NCBI RefSeq assembly: GCF_046119375.1
Contig: NW_027362982.1
Location: 2,542,001-2,606,000 of the forward strand
Source of the DNA: Phyllobates terribilis
Taxonomy: Eukaryota
Reading direction: 5' to 3'
DNA: 64,000 nt
Positions 41,766-52,957 of this stretch are shown here, in pieces. The position numbers and the translations under genes were made by a program. Positions within the stretch are counted from its first letter, which is position 1, and each line of letters begins with the position of its first letter. Under the pieces are notes generated by a model. That model saw nothing but the letters and a program-made list of their open reading frames with translations. It made no database searches and had not been told where the DNA came from.

Positions 41766-41943
41766 CAGATCATCAAGTCCATGGATGTGGAGTGTTATGG
41801 TTTCGGCTCTTTTGTTTGCACTTGAAATGAAGAACTGTAGGTTGTTTTGCTTGTTCTTGGTTTCTGGTGTAAGCAAGTGACCTGGCACACCTAATGACAC
41901 GTGAATCTGATGGGCGAGTACTTTGCTACGATTATTCATGTCA
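41766..41943 (-). pseudogene. ARMC1L: ARMC1-like exon 4 (178 nt), open
   Basis: TTTTTTCAG acceptor and GTAAGG donor; ...LQFFISSANKRAETITLHIHGLDDL compared with ARMC1 [25 protein letters not shown]. Confidence 0.95.
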
Positions 41944-42029
41944 CTGAAAAAAAATAGAATTTATCCATATATCACAGGAGAGCTCTGTTGTCATCTTGTT
42001 CTGGAAAAGGTCACTATAAAAAGTACTGA

Positions 42030-42372
42030 TTAAAGGGGTTGTATCATCCTCTTTCTTCAGGAGTGCGCCACCTCTCGGCCTCCTAGCTTCCTAGGGAGCA
42101 GTGCTCTTCTGAAGACTGACGGTTCTTTCCAGCGGCATGACTGAGCAGCTCACCCAAAAAACACACTTTCCGCATTGGAAAAGCCGCCATCAGTGCAGCC
42201 TAGGAAATCGGCCACTGCAGAAGTGGACAATAACCTAGGCGATAAGCTGTAAACTAGAAGGAAAAATCCATCTGTTCTTAACAAAGAGGAAAGTATAAGT
42301 AAATTGCAAAGTTGCCCTGATTTTACAAGCACTTTGCAATATTAACTTGCAAATTTGAGACAACCCCTTTAA
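42030..42372. mobile_element. T2-type MITE with TTAA TSD
   Basis: TTAA-AGGGGTTGT...ACAACCCCT-TTAA. Confidence 0.8.
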
Positions 42373-43123
42373 TAAACATTAAAGAGTTTATTATTATTTG
42401 TCTGGCTGTTTTTTTTCAGGAAAGTTGTGTCCCAAGGTGCAATTTGTTGTGAAACAAAGAAACTGTGCTTTACTTACTGCTGAGTCTTCACCATGGCTCT
42501 TATTTTATTATTTGGAGCACTGACATCACGACGACAATGCTGCAGGAAATCAGTGAGGTCAGCGGCTCATGCTGTCTACAAGGACAAAGCCGCTGAGGTC
42601 ACTGATTGGCTTCAGCACTGCCGACGTGATGACGGCACTGCAGACAATGACAGACACCCGGAGAAGCAGCACTCAGCACTGGATCCTTCGAGGATGCATA
42701 ATACAGTTCGTTTTTATTACAATAAATTGCGTGTAAGGACAACTTTCCTGAAAATGGAAGACCCCTTTAAATATTACAAAATGGAAAATTGTTCTAGATA
42801 CACAACACCCGCTTGTCTAGTGCACACACTAGAGCTAATGGTGGACTACATTTAATTCATGACAATTTGTATGAAAAATATGAAGATCATCAAAAGACTG
42901 GCTACAGAGAGAGTTGTCCAAACAAGGATACATATGCCAAGGCATACAATGCAGTGAGGACTACCCAAAAACACAGGCCCATGTGCCCAGACATCCAGGG
43001 CATTACAGTGACAGCATTTCTGCTGGATGTACACTCACTTTGTACGGACACAACTACTACCAGCTAATATTTCACGACAGCTGTACACAAGCTCAGCCCC
43101 AGCATTACACGCAATGAGTTTAC

Positions 43124-43215
43124 CTGTTCTTAATGTTCTCCAGGCTCACCATCATACCTAGCTCACTCCTCGGTCTTTTACAGTGATTAGGATTTTCACA
43201 CAATTAGTGAATTGC
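43124..43215 (-). pseudogene. ARMC1L: ARMC1-like exon 3 (92 nt) with nonsense codon
   Basis: AG/GT flanks; AIH*LCENPNHCKRPRSELGMMVSLENIKN compared with ARMC1 [30 protein letters not shown]; TAA at 43204-43206. Confidence 0.92.
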
Positions 43216-43905
43216 CTGTAAAAGATGTAATACCGTTATATAGAAAATTGGCTTCAAGTGTGAAAGTTATAGTGTTCCCCCAATTATGTTCTATTTTATG
43301 TAACTAATGAATGGCCAATTCTTTGTTACCACAAATGAATCCTGAGCAGGCTTTTCAATAGTAAAGGGGGCCTGTCATTCGATTCATGCTGCTCGAACCA
43401 CGGGCAGGATGAATCAGAGCCTGTCTGTGCGATTGCAGACAGGTAGGTTTGAAAAACCAGGCGGAGACTATTGGGAGAGACCCAGCTAATTTGATGATGT
43501 ACTCAGCTGGCTTCTTTCCGCCCCACTCCAGATGACTGAGGGAGTCCCTTATCACATCAGACTAATCACATCTCTCTCCTTATGGTTCCTGGACGTCATT
43601 TAAAATTATATTTTCTCGGAAACAAGGGAGGGTCAAGAGGAAAACATACTTTGCAGCAATCATGCACAGGGCTGTGGAGTCGGTAAGCCAAACCTCCAAC
43701 TCCACGACTCCGACTCACTCCCTTATACATGGCTCATGTTTAAGTGATAAATTTACTGTAGCACAGATTCATCTCAGCTAAAAGTCTAGACCCTTTGATC
43801 AGGAATAGGACAGACATTTATAGGACATTTCATAACTTTCCCAAATTCTTATGAAAAATATTCCCCACAAACTACATTGAACTACTGTACCCAATTTATT
43901 ATATA

Positions 43906-44516
43906 TTTTAGGTGACTCTTGGTCTTCCTTTCCTGGGGCGGTCTTCATGTGAGACAGTTTCTTTGTAGCGCTTGATGGTTTTTGCAACTGCACTTGGGGA
44001 CACTTTCAAAGTTTGCCCAATTTTTCACGCTGACTGACCTTCATTTCTTAAAGTAATGATGGCCACTTGTTTTTCTTTACTTAGCTGCTTTTTTCTTGCC
44101 ATAATACAAATTCTGACAGTCTATTCAGTAGGACTATCAGCTGTGTATCCACCTAACTTCTGCACAACACAACTGATGGTCCCAACCCCATTTATAAGGC
44201 AAGAAATCCCACTTATTAAACCTGACAGGGCACGCCTGTGAAGTGAAAACCATTTCCGGTGACTACCTCTTGAAGCTCATCAAGAGAATGCCAAGAGTGT
44301 GCAAAGCAGTCATCAAAGCAAAAGGTGGCTGCTTTGAAGAACCTAGAATATAAGACATATTTTCAGTTGTTTCACACTTTTTTGTTAAGTATATAGTTCC
44401 ACATGTGTTAACTCATAGTTTTGATGTCTTCAGTGTGAATGTACAATTTTCATAGTCATGAAAATACAGAAAAATCTTTAAATGAGAAGGTGTGTCCAAA
44501 CTTTTGGTCTGTACTG
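43906..44516 (-). mobile_element. Tc1 fragment T4 (transposase 5' end plus TIR), same family as T6
   Basis: Colinear with 49510-49900 and 62963-63173; ends TTTGGTCTGTACTG-TA; abrupt left break. Confidence 0.88.
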
Positions 44517-44869
44517 TATATGGAGATGCTATCTGCTGTTATTACTCCATGGTGATGGTTCCTCTGTTTCTATATATATTTAAAATCAATGATTTTATTA
44601 TGTGTAATGTAGGATCTATTTTGGGGGTCGCTATGTGGGGAGGGTCATTTTTTAGCTTCACATATTATCTGCACTTACCCCTGTTGTGTGCCTAATTGAT
44701 TATCTGTAATAAATTTGTTATAACTTTGTCTTTTTTCCCTGTGCTCTCTATGTCTATTTGACGATGGAGCCTATATAGTCCATAATATGGTAGTATTGAG
44801 TATAACATTATATGTAATGGTGATTTAAAATATACATTAGAATTGTGGTGTACATACTACTTTTTCCAT

Positions 44870-46391
44870 GAATTGTGCTATTTTACATTGTTAATGTGGT
44901 AAATGACTATTCTAGCTGCAAAAGTCTTGTTTTTATTGCAATATCTACATAGGTGAATAGAGGCCAATTTCTAACAACCACCACTCCAGTGTTTTAATGG
45001 TACATTGTGTTTGCTAACTGTGTAAGAAGGCTAATGGATGTTTAGAAAACCCTAGAAAACCCTTGCACAAGTATGTTAGTCCAGCTGAAAATGGTTTGGC
45101 TGATTTGAGAAGCTATAAAGTTGACCTTCCATTGAGCTAGTTGAGAATCTGGAGCATTACATTTGTTTGTTCTATGAAACTCTCAAAATGGCCAGAAAAA
45201 GAGAACTTTCATGTGAAACTCGACAGTCTATTCTTGTTCTTAGAAATGAAGGCTATTCCATGTGAGAAATTGCCAAGAAACTGAAGATTTCCTACAATGG
45301 TGTGTACTACTCCCTTCAGAGGAGAGAACAAACAGGCTCTAACCAGAGTAGAAAGAGAAGTGGGAGGCCCCGCTGCACAACTGAGCAACAAGACAAGTAC
45401 ATTAGAGTCTCTAGTTTGAGAAATTGACGCCTCAAAGCTCCTCAAATGGCAGCTTCATTAAATAGTACACGCAAAACGCCAGTGTCAACGTCTACAGCGA
45501 AGAGGAGACTCCGGGATGCTGGCCTTCAGGGCAAAGTGGCAAAGAAAAATCCATATTTGAGACTGGCTAATAAAAGGAAAAGATTAATATGGGCAAAAGA
45601 ACACAGACATTGGACAGAAGAAGATTGTAAAAAAGTTTTATGGACAGACGAATCAAAGTTTGAGGTGTTTGGATCACACAGAAGAACATTTGTGAGATGC
45701 AGAACAACTGAAAAGATGCTGGAAGAGTGCCTGACGCCATCTGTCAAGCATGGTGGAGGTAATCTGATGGTCTGGAGTTGCTTTGGTGCTGGTAAAGTGG
45801 GAGATTTGGACAAGGTAAATGGGATTTTGAGTAAGGAAGGTTATCACTCCATTTTGCAACGCCATGCCATACCCTGTGGACAGCGCTTGATTGGAGCCAA
45901 TTTCATCCTACAACAGGACAATGACCCAAAGCACACCTGCAAATTATGCATGAACTATTTAGGGAAGAAGCAGGCAGCTGGTATTCTATCTGTAATGGAG
46001 TGGCCAGCGCAGTCACCAGATCTCAAACCCATTTAGCTGTTGTGGGAGCAGCTTGACCGTATGGTACGCAAAAAGTGCCCATCAAGCCAATCCAACTTGT
46101 GGGAGGGGCTTCAGGAAGCATGAGGTGAAATTTCTCAAGATTACCTCAGCAAATTAACAGCTAGAATGCCAAAGGTCTGCAATGCTGTAATTGCGGCAAA
46201 AGGCATTCTTTGACAAAAGCAAAGTTTGAAGGAGAAAATTATTCTTTCAAATAAAAATCATTATTTCTAACCTTGTCAATGTCTGGACTATATTTTCTAT
46301 TCATTTGGCAACTCATTTGATAAATAAAAGTATGATTTTTCATGGAAAACACAAAATTGTCTGGGTGACCGCAAACTTTTGAACGGTAGTG
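44870..46391 (+). mobile_element. Tc1-like element T5, disabled
   Basis: ORF 45446..46036 with [25 protein letters not shown]; right end GAACGGTAGTG-TA; left limit approximate. Confidence 0.88.
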
Positions 46392-46392
46392 T

Positions 46393-46611
46393 ACACACAC
46401 ACACACACACAGACACACACACAGACACAGACACAGCCCCTCTGCAGAATATAAACCAGAATGTAAACCTATATTTCTCTGCGGTATCTGTGCATCATGA
46501 ATCATTGTATGTATTAAAGGGGCCCACTGAGACTCAAAAACCTGGAGCCGGCCCTGTGTGTGTATGTATTTTACACAGGAGCAGTGTGTGTGTATATATT
46601 TTGCAGAGGGG

Positions 46612-46657
<46 letters not shown>
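46393..46657. repeat. (CA)n and (TG)n microsatellite tracts
   Basis: CA-rich tract 46393-46436 and long TG run about 46614-46657. Confidence 0.9.
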
Positions 46658-46659
<2 letters not shown>

Positions 46660-46702
46660 TTTGCAAGTCTCCTGTAATGTCCACACCTGCCCCAGGTTAA
46701 AT

Positions 46703-47440
46703 CTCTGACTGACGCAGCGCTCTGACTGACGCAGCCCCCTGACTGATGCAGCGCTCTGACTGACGCAGCCCCCTGACTGACACAGCCCCCTGACTGATGC
46801 AGTGCTCTGACTGATGCAGTGCTCTGACTGATGCAGCGCTCTGACTGACGCAGCGCTCTGACTGATGCAGCGCTCTGACTGACGCATCGCTGTGACTGAT
46901 GCAGCCCCCTGACTGACGCAGCCCCCTGACTGACACAGCCCCCTGACTGACGCAGCGCTCTGACTGACGCAGCGCTCTGACTGACGCAGCGCTCTGACTG
47001 ACGCAGCGCTCTGACTGGCGCAGCGCTCTGACTGACGCAGTGCTCTGACTGGGGCAACGCTCTGACTGACGTATCGCTGTGACTGACGCAGCCCCCTGAC
47101 TGACGCAGCCCCCTGACTGACACAGCGCTCTGACTGACACAGCCCCCTGACTGACGCAGCGCTCTGACTGACGCAGCGCTCTGACTGACGCAGCGCTCTG
47201 ACTGACGCATCGCTGTGACTGGCGCAGCGCTCTGACTGATGCAGCGCTCTGACTGGTGCAGCGCTCTGACTGACGCAGCCCTCTGACTGACGCAGCGCTC
47301 TGACTGACGCAGCGCTCTGACTGACGCAGCGCTCTGACTGACGCATCGCTGTGACTGGCGCAGCGCTCTGACTGACGCAGCGCTCTGACTGACGCAGCGC
47401 TCTGACTGACGCATCGCTGTGACTGGCGCAGCGCTCTGAC
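46703..47440. repeat. 17-bp minisatellite (GCAGCGCTCTGACTGAC and variants), about 43 units
   Basis: Direct reading of the array; its 51-nt periodicity produces the spurious 17-aa repeat ORFs. Confidence 0.95.
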
Positions 47441-47749
47441 TTTTATATGTATGTGCACAGCGCTGACCCACTACCCGCGTCACATGACTATGGGAGACAT
47501 ACAGGGGCCAGGTGGTAGACTTTTGGCTGGTGTAGAAATTAAAGTTTTGCCCTTTTTCCATCACAGGTGAGAAAGGCTGCAGAGTCCGGCTCCACAGTCA
47601 GGAGCCATCATAGGAGCACACAGGATGCAAAGTATGCTGGCCCTGTGACGCAGGAACACTTCCATGGAGCCAGAGGCTGGAGCTCGTAGAGACCGCGGCG
47701 GTGAGCCCTCCAGCACCCGGCCACCCCCCATGTATACACGGCCACTTAC

Positions 47750-48023
47750 ACCTCACCGGCCGCTCAGCTCTCCTGGACGCAGCACGTACACCGGGGTCAC
47801 ACAACAACCTCTCCAGCCTCAAGCACACGGCGACCGTTACCTAACCCCGCCCACAGCGACACCTGCAGCTGATTGGCTCTGGAATCTGTCACATGTCTTC
47901 ACACAGCTGGACGTAATCTCACAGCGCTGGGTTTGAAGGAGTCTCGTCCGTTCTCCTCGTCCTGTCCCGGAGCTGCGCGGAGACACCAAGAGCTGACACT
48001 ACCCCCGGGCGGACACGGTGAGT
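47750..48023. promoter_or_regulatory. Probable bidirectional promoter with divergent non-coding first exons
   Basis: GC-rich; GC box CCCCGCCC 47845-47852; CCAAT on the minus strand 47872-47876; minus-strand donors GTAAGT (47749) and GTGAGG (47756); plus-strand donor GTGAGT at 48018. Confidence 0.6.
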
Positions 48024-48180
48024 GACGTCCTGTGCTCCTTATATACCGGGGCCTGTTTCCGGCCTAAAGTGGCTGATCACAGAGAACAATAGCTTGAACG
48101 TAAAGTGACTGATACCAGAGAGCACCAGCAGGCATAGATTGCTGCAGCCAGGTCAGTGAGCTTTCATTGTTGTTTTCCAG

Positions 48181-48267
48181 GAGGAAGGAATCCTGTGTCC
48201 GCCATCACCTCTGCAGCTGGAGCTGATCCACCAGCTGTCGGAATACCTGGGAGTGCCCACTGAGCAG
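48181..48267 (+). pseudogene. MTFR2: MTFR2 first coding exon, start codon absent
   Basis: TTGTTTTCCAG acceptor and GTGAGT donor; SPLQLELIHQLSEYLGVPTEQ compared with human MTFR2 [21 protein letters not shown]; Kozak-like CCGCC followed by ATC, not ATG. Confidence 0.75.
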
Positions 48268-51221
48268 GTGAGTGGTGATCGGGCCTGGGACTGGCGCACA
48301 TGTATAGGGGCTCCAGCCTTATGTTGTACTTTATATATGGTACCAGTGATTGCTCACTGACACCCCCATGTTCCTTCATATCGCTACCCGTAGCGACCAC
48401 GCACCAATGGCAGAAAAGGAGAAGTGACCTCTCCAGCAGGACAGGGGGGCATGGGGGATTCATAGCTGAGTATACTCAGGACATACAGTACAGACCAAAA
48501 GTTTGGACACACCTTCTCATTTAAAGATTTTTCTGTATTTTCTTGACTATGAAAATTGTACATTTACACTGAAGGCATCAAAACTATGAATTAACACATG
48601 TGGAATTATATACTTAACAAAAAAGTGTGAAACAACTGAAAATATGTCTTATATTCTAGGTTCTTCAAAGTAGCCATCTTTTGCTTTGATGACTGCTTTG
48701 TACACTCTTGGCATTCTCTTGATGAGCTTCAAGAGGTAGTCACCAGAAATGATCTTCCAACAATCTTGAAAGAGTTCCCAGAGATGCTTAGAACTTGTTG
48801 GCCCTTTTGCCTTCATTCTGTGGTCCAGCTCACCCCAAACCATCTCGATTGGGTTCAGGTCTGGTGACTGTGGAGGCCAGGTCATCTGGCGTAGCACCCC
48901 ATCACTCTCCCTCTTGGTCAAATAGCCCTTACACAGCCTGGAGGTGTGTTTGGGGTCATTGTCCTGTTGAAAAATAAATGATGGTCCAACTAAACGCAAA
49001 CCGGATTGAATAGCATGCCGCTGCAAGATGCTGTGGTAGCCATGCTGGTTCAGTATGCCTTCAATTTTGAATAAATTCCCAACAGTGTCAAAAGCAAAAC
49101 ATCCCCACACCATCACACCTCCTCCTCCATGCTTCACGGTGGGAACCAGGCATGTAGAGTACAACCATTCACCTTTTCTGCGTCGCACAAAGACACAGTG
49201 GTTGGTACCAAAGATCTCAAATTTGGACTCATCAGACCAAAGCACAGATTTCCACTGGTCTAATGTCCATTGCTTGTGTTCTTTAGCCCAAACAAGTCTC
49301 TTCTGCTTGTTGCCTGTCCTTAGCAGTGGTTTCCTAACAGCTATATTCCGATGAAGGCCTGATGCACAAAGTCTACTCTTAACAGTTGTTGAAGAGATGT
49401 GTCTGCTGCTAGAACTATGTGTGGCATTGACCTGGTCTCTAATCTGAGCTGCTGTTAACCTGCGATTTCTGAGGCTGGTGACTCGGATAAACTTATCCTC
49501 AGAAGCAGAGGTGACTCTTGGTCTTCCTTTCCTGGGGCGGTCATCGTGTGAGCCAGTTTCTTTGTAGCGCTTGATAGTTTTTGCAACTGCACTTGGGGAC
49601 ACTTTCAATGTTTTCCCAATTTTTCAGACTGACTGACCTTCATTTCTTAAACTAATGATGGCCACTGGTTTTTCTTTACTTAGAATTTGTATTATGGCAA
49701 GAAAAAAGCAGCTAACAGTCTATTCAGTAGGACTATCAGCTGTGTATCCACCAGACTTCTGCACAACACAACTGATGGTCCCAACCCCATTTATAAGGCA
49801 AGAAATCCCAGTTATTAAACCTGACAGGGCACACCTGTGAAGTGAAAATCATTTCTGGTGACTACCTCTTGAAGCTCATCAAGAGAATGCCAAGAGTGTG
49901 TGACGCGCTCCCTGGGCCGTGGGGCACCCAGTGCCGGGCCGGTAGATGCTGGGGGATGTCACAGTGGCGGTGACCCGGTCCGTGACCCGGGGAGGTCAAT
50001 AAAAGGGGTTATTGATAGGGGATTTATAGTGACTCTATAAAGTTTGTGACGCCACCTGTGGTACGCGGCTAAAGGGAGCCACCGCTGCGCAGCAGGTCCT
50101 CTAGAGCTGATGTTACTGAAGCAGGGATGGTGTGGCTCTCCACAGGTAGAGCTTAGCTCCAGGGCAGTGTAGATGTTGTTGTAGGTGATGCTGGGCGTTG
50201 TAGTGCAGGGGTTGATGGTGCAGTAATAAACACAGAGGCAGTGTAGTGCAGTCCTCAGGGTCTTTACTCTCGGTTGTTGCAGTTCAGGTTACAGGTACCA
50301 GTGTAACTTCCCTCGACGTGCTGCGCTTACTCAGGGAGGGGTTCAGACCACCCCCAGTTAACTTCAGAGTACTTAACAGGACCCCCTTCTGTGTGTTCGA
50401 TCTCTCTGGCCTTCTCCCTGCACCTCACACCTAGTGCCCCCAATCCGGAACCAGCGGGCCTTGGCGGGTGACATCTGTTCCATTCCCTGGGTCCTATATG
50501 GCTACCTTCTCGGTGAGACTGGTGTGGACTTGTGGCTACAGGACATAAAATACTGTAGCCTCCAGTTTCTAGTTAGGCATAGAGTCCTCTGCTAGTTGAG
50601 GGATCGGTTCCCTTTGTACGGCCTGACCCCTCCACCGCCTGATAGATTCGGGCGTACGGGTGGCCTCCAGCACTGCCCGTACCCCTGGCGTCCTTTCCTT
50701 ATTCCTGGAGCCTTTCTCCTGCTCCTCTCTCCTTTCCGTTCAGTCCTGGGCCTCTCACCAGGCCCTCCTCCTGAGCAGAGCTCCTACAGAGCCTCTGCTC
50801 CTTCAACTTCTCCTCCTCACTGAACCTCACTTCACAAGATGGCTCCTGTTCTTATATCATCTCTCCAGTGTTCCCCTGAACTGCTTCCTCCACCCACACC
50901 CACTACATGGTTCCCCCTTACTGTGGTCCCCCCCCCACTCCTGCCTGGGACCAGGGACTGTGCTCTCCAGTAGGAGCAATCTCGCCCTGCCCTCTGTACT
51001 GGAGTAGTGTAGTGTTGGATGCAGGTGTTAGGGTCCCGAGCCGTACTCCTTCCTTACCTGAGAGTGAGACACCACACCTCTGGGTGAGATGCAGCACCTC
51101 TGTGGCGACCGAACCCTCAGGGGCACCACATACCCCCCTGGTAAAACACAGTACGTCCGCGGGCTGGAACAGAGTAAAAAACAGGGTATTTTTAAAGACA
51201 TGCAAAATTTTGGAATGCATT

Positions 51222-52462
51222 TGTGGCGCCCCTGAGGGTTCGGTCGCCACAGAGGTACTGCACCTCACCCAGAGGTGTGGTGTCTCCCTTTCTATCAGGT
51301 AAGGAGGGAGTATTGCACGGAACCCCAACACCTACATCCAACACTACACTACCCCAGGCCAGCAGGAGGGGCAAGACGCAATGTAGTTTTCTGCTGAGCC
51401 CTGACCCTGGCTGGGGTGGGGGGAACCCAAAGTTAGGGCGAACCAGTAGTGGGTGTGGGTGGAGGAGGTAGTTCATGGGAGCACTTATACAGTAGATATA
51501 TAAAAGGTAGACATTTTAGCATTGGGGAGTTGAAGAACAGTGTGTGGTTGAGTAGGAACAGTCCGGGAGCAGAGTCTCTTTAGGAGCTCTGCTCCACCAC
51601 AAAGGGCCTAGAACTGAGGCCCAGGAGGGGAGCAGGAAGTAAGCTCCGTTCTATAGAAGGGATCCTAGGGGGTACGGCGAATGCAGGCGGCACCCGTACA
51701 CCCCGAACCTGCCAAGCGTCAAGAGGATCTAGGCCGCAAGAAGGGGACCGGCCCCTGGCCCAGTCGTGCAGCTTCAAGCCTCGGCTGGAAAAACCGGAGG
51801 CTTCTGGCTTCTATAGCCACAAGCCAAACCCTCACTTCAATCCAAAGTAAGGTCAAGCAGGTCTGTGCAACTCCGACGGACAGGGGGGACCTCGCAGCAC
51901 CCGAACAGGATTCACAGTGGCAAGCGCATGGCAGGAGGGAGAAAGACCCAGCGCGAAGTCGGTCTAGAAAGGTACATAAGAAAGTGGGGTTCTGCCAGGT
52001 ACACCCAAGCTGCCTGAGGAAGGACTGAACCCCTGCCCGGTGAACGCAGAGCGACGCGGGAGGCTTGCACCAGTACAGTGCACCTGTGGACTGTCTAAGA
52101 ACTGTGAGTAAATCTTGGATGACTGCACCGAATTGCCTCCGTCCCTTCCTTTCACCAGCGCCGTTTCCCTCCCTACACTACAACGCCCAGCGCACCTGCA
52201 TTTATTCTACACTGCCCTGAGGCCTGCTCCACCTGTGGGGAGCCGTTCCATCTCAAGCTGCCCTAACACCTGCCTCAGAGGACTGTCGCAGCGCTGGTGA
52301 TCCTCACCAGACACCACAGGTGGCGGCACGACATATCCCCTATAAATATCCCCCTTTTGAGTGACCGCCCTGGGCCACGGACCGGGCCAGCCACCGTGAT
52401 ATCCCCCAAGAGCAGCCATAAGGCCCGGCTGCCGAGTACCCCACGGCCCTGGGGGCGAGTCA
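51222..52462 (+). mobile_element. Solo LTR (family D) in the 3'-UTR of E
   Basis: TGTGGCGCCC...GGCGAGTCA; perfect TSD CATT. Confidence 0.92.
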
Positions 52463-52957
52463 CATTCACATAGAAGATTATGAATATAACATTTCTTCCC
52501 TTTATGGGAGGCACATTTCTTGAACGTTACTGGTTGTCAAAACATTATAAAACACTTTTAATAACATTCTTCAACAAGTTACAGCACGATCTGTAACCGG
52601 GTGTCCATTTTCTTTAGTAAGGTGCTATTCAGTGAACATGAGGGACCCGCCCGAAAACCCTCAACGTAGGCCCTGGGCATGGCTACAGGGCATAGATGAT
52701 CCAGGTGTTGGACCACGTCTTCGGCCACGCCAAACGGGTTTTTGTTCGATGGTCTTTTTACATAAAACCAATAGGGGGCACTTTAATAAGTGCAACTATT
52801 TACACCGGAAAGTTCTTCGGTTATTCACCGTCCATAACCTGACAGTTTTTGTACCCTTTCCAGGTAACTGGATAAACACACTCACATCTCAAACTTGCAG
52901 TGTCTCTGCCATACCCCTACGGGTAACTATATACTGTTCAAGTTCCAGCTACTGTGC

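Noticed and set aside
42930-43010. Minus-strand GPVFLGSPHCIV as the missing ARMC1-like first coding exon
   Set aside because: Similarity is weak, and it lies downstream of exon 3, which is the wrong order.
46703-47440. CRISPR-like array
   Set aside because: Contiguous tandem units with no unique spacers, in a eukaryotic context with no cas genes.
46239-47564. Long repetitive ORFs of 441, 270 and 253 aa
   Set aside because: They are translations of the 17-bp minisatellite and dinucleotide tracts.
47598-47828. ORF LERLLCDPGVRAA as a coding first exon of ARMC1-like
   Set aside because: Only a few residues match LRDLAADPLNRRA, the QGCLPGL motif is absent, and it starts at GTG.
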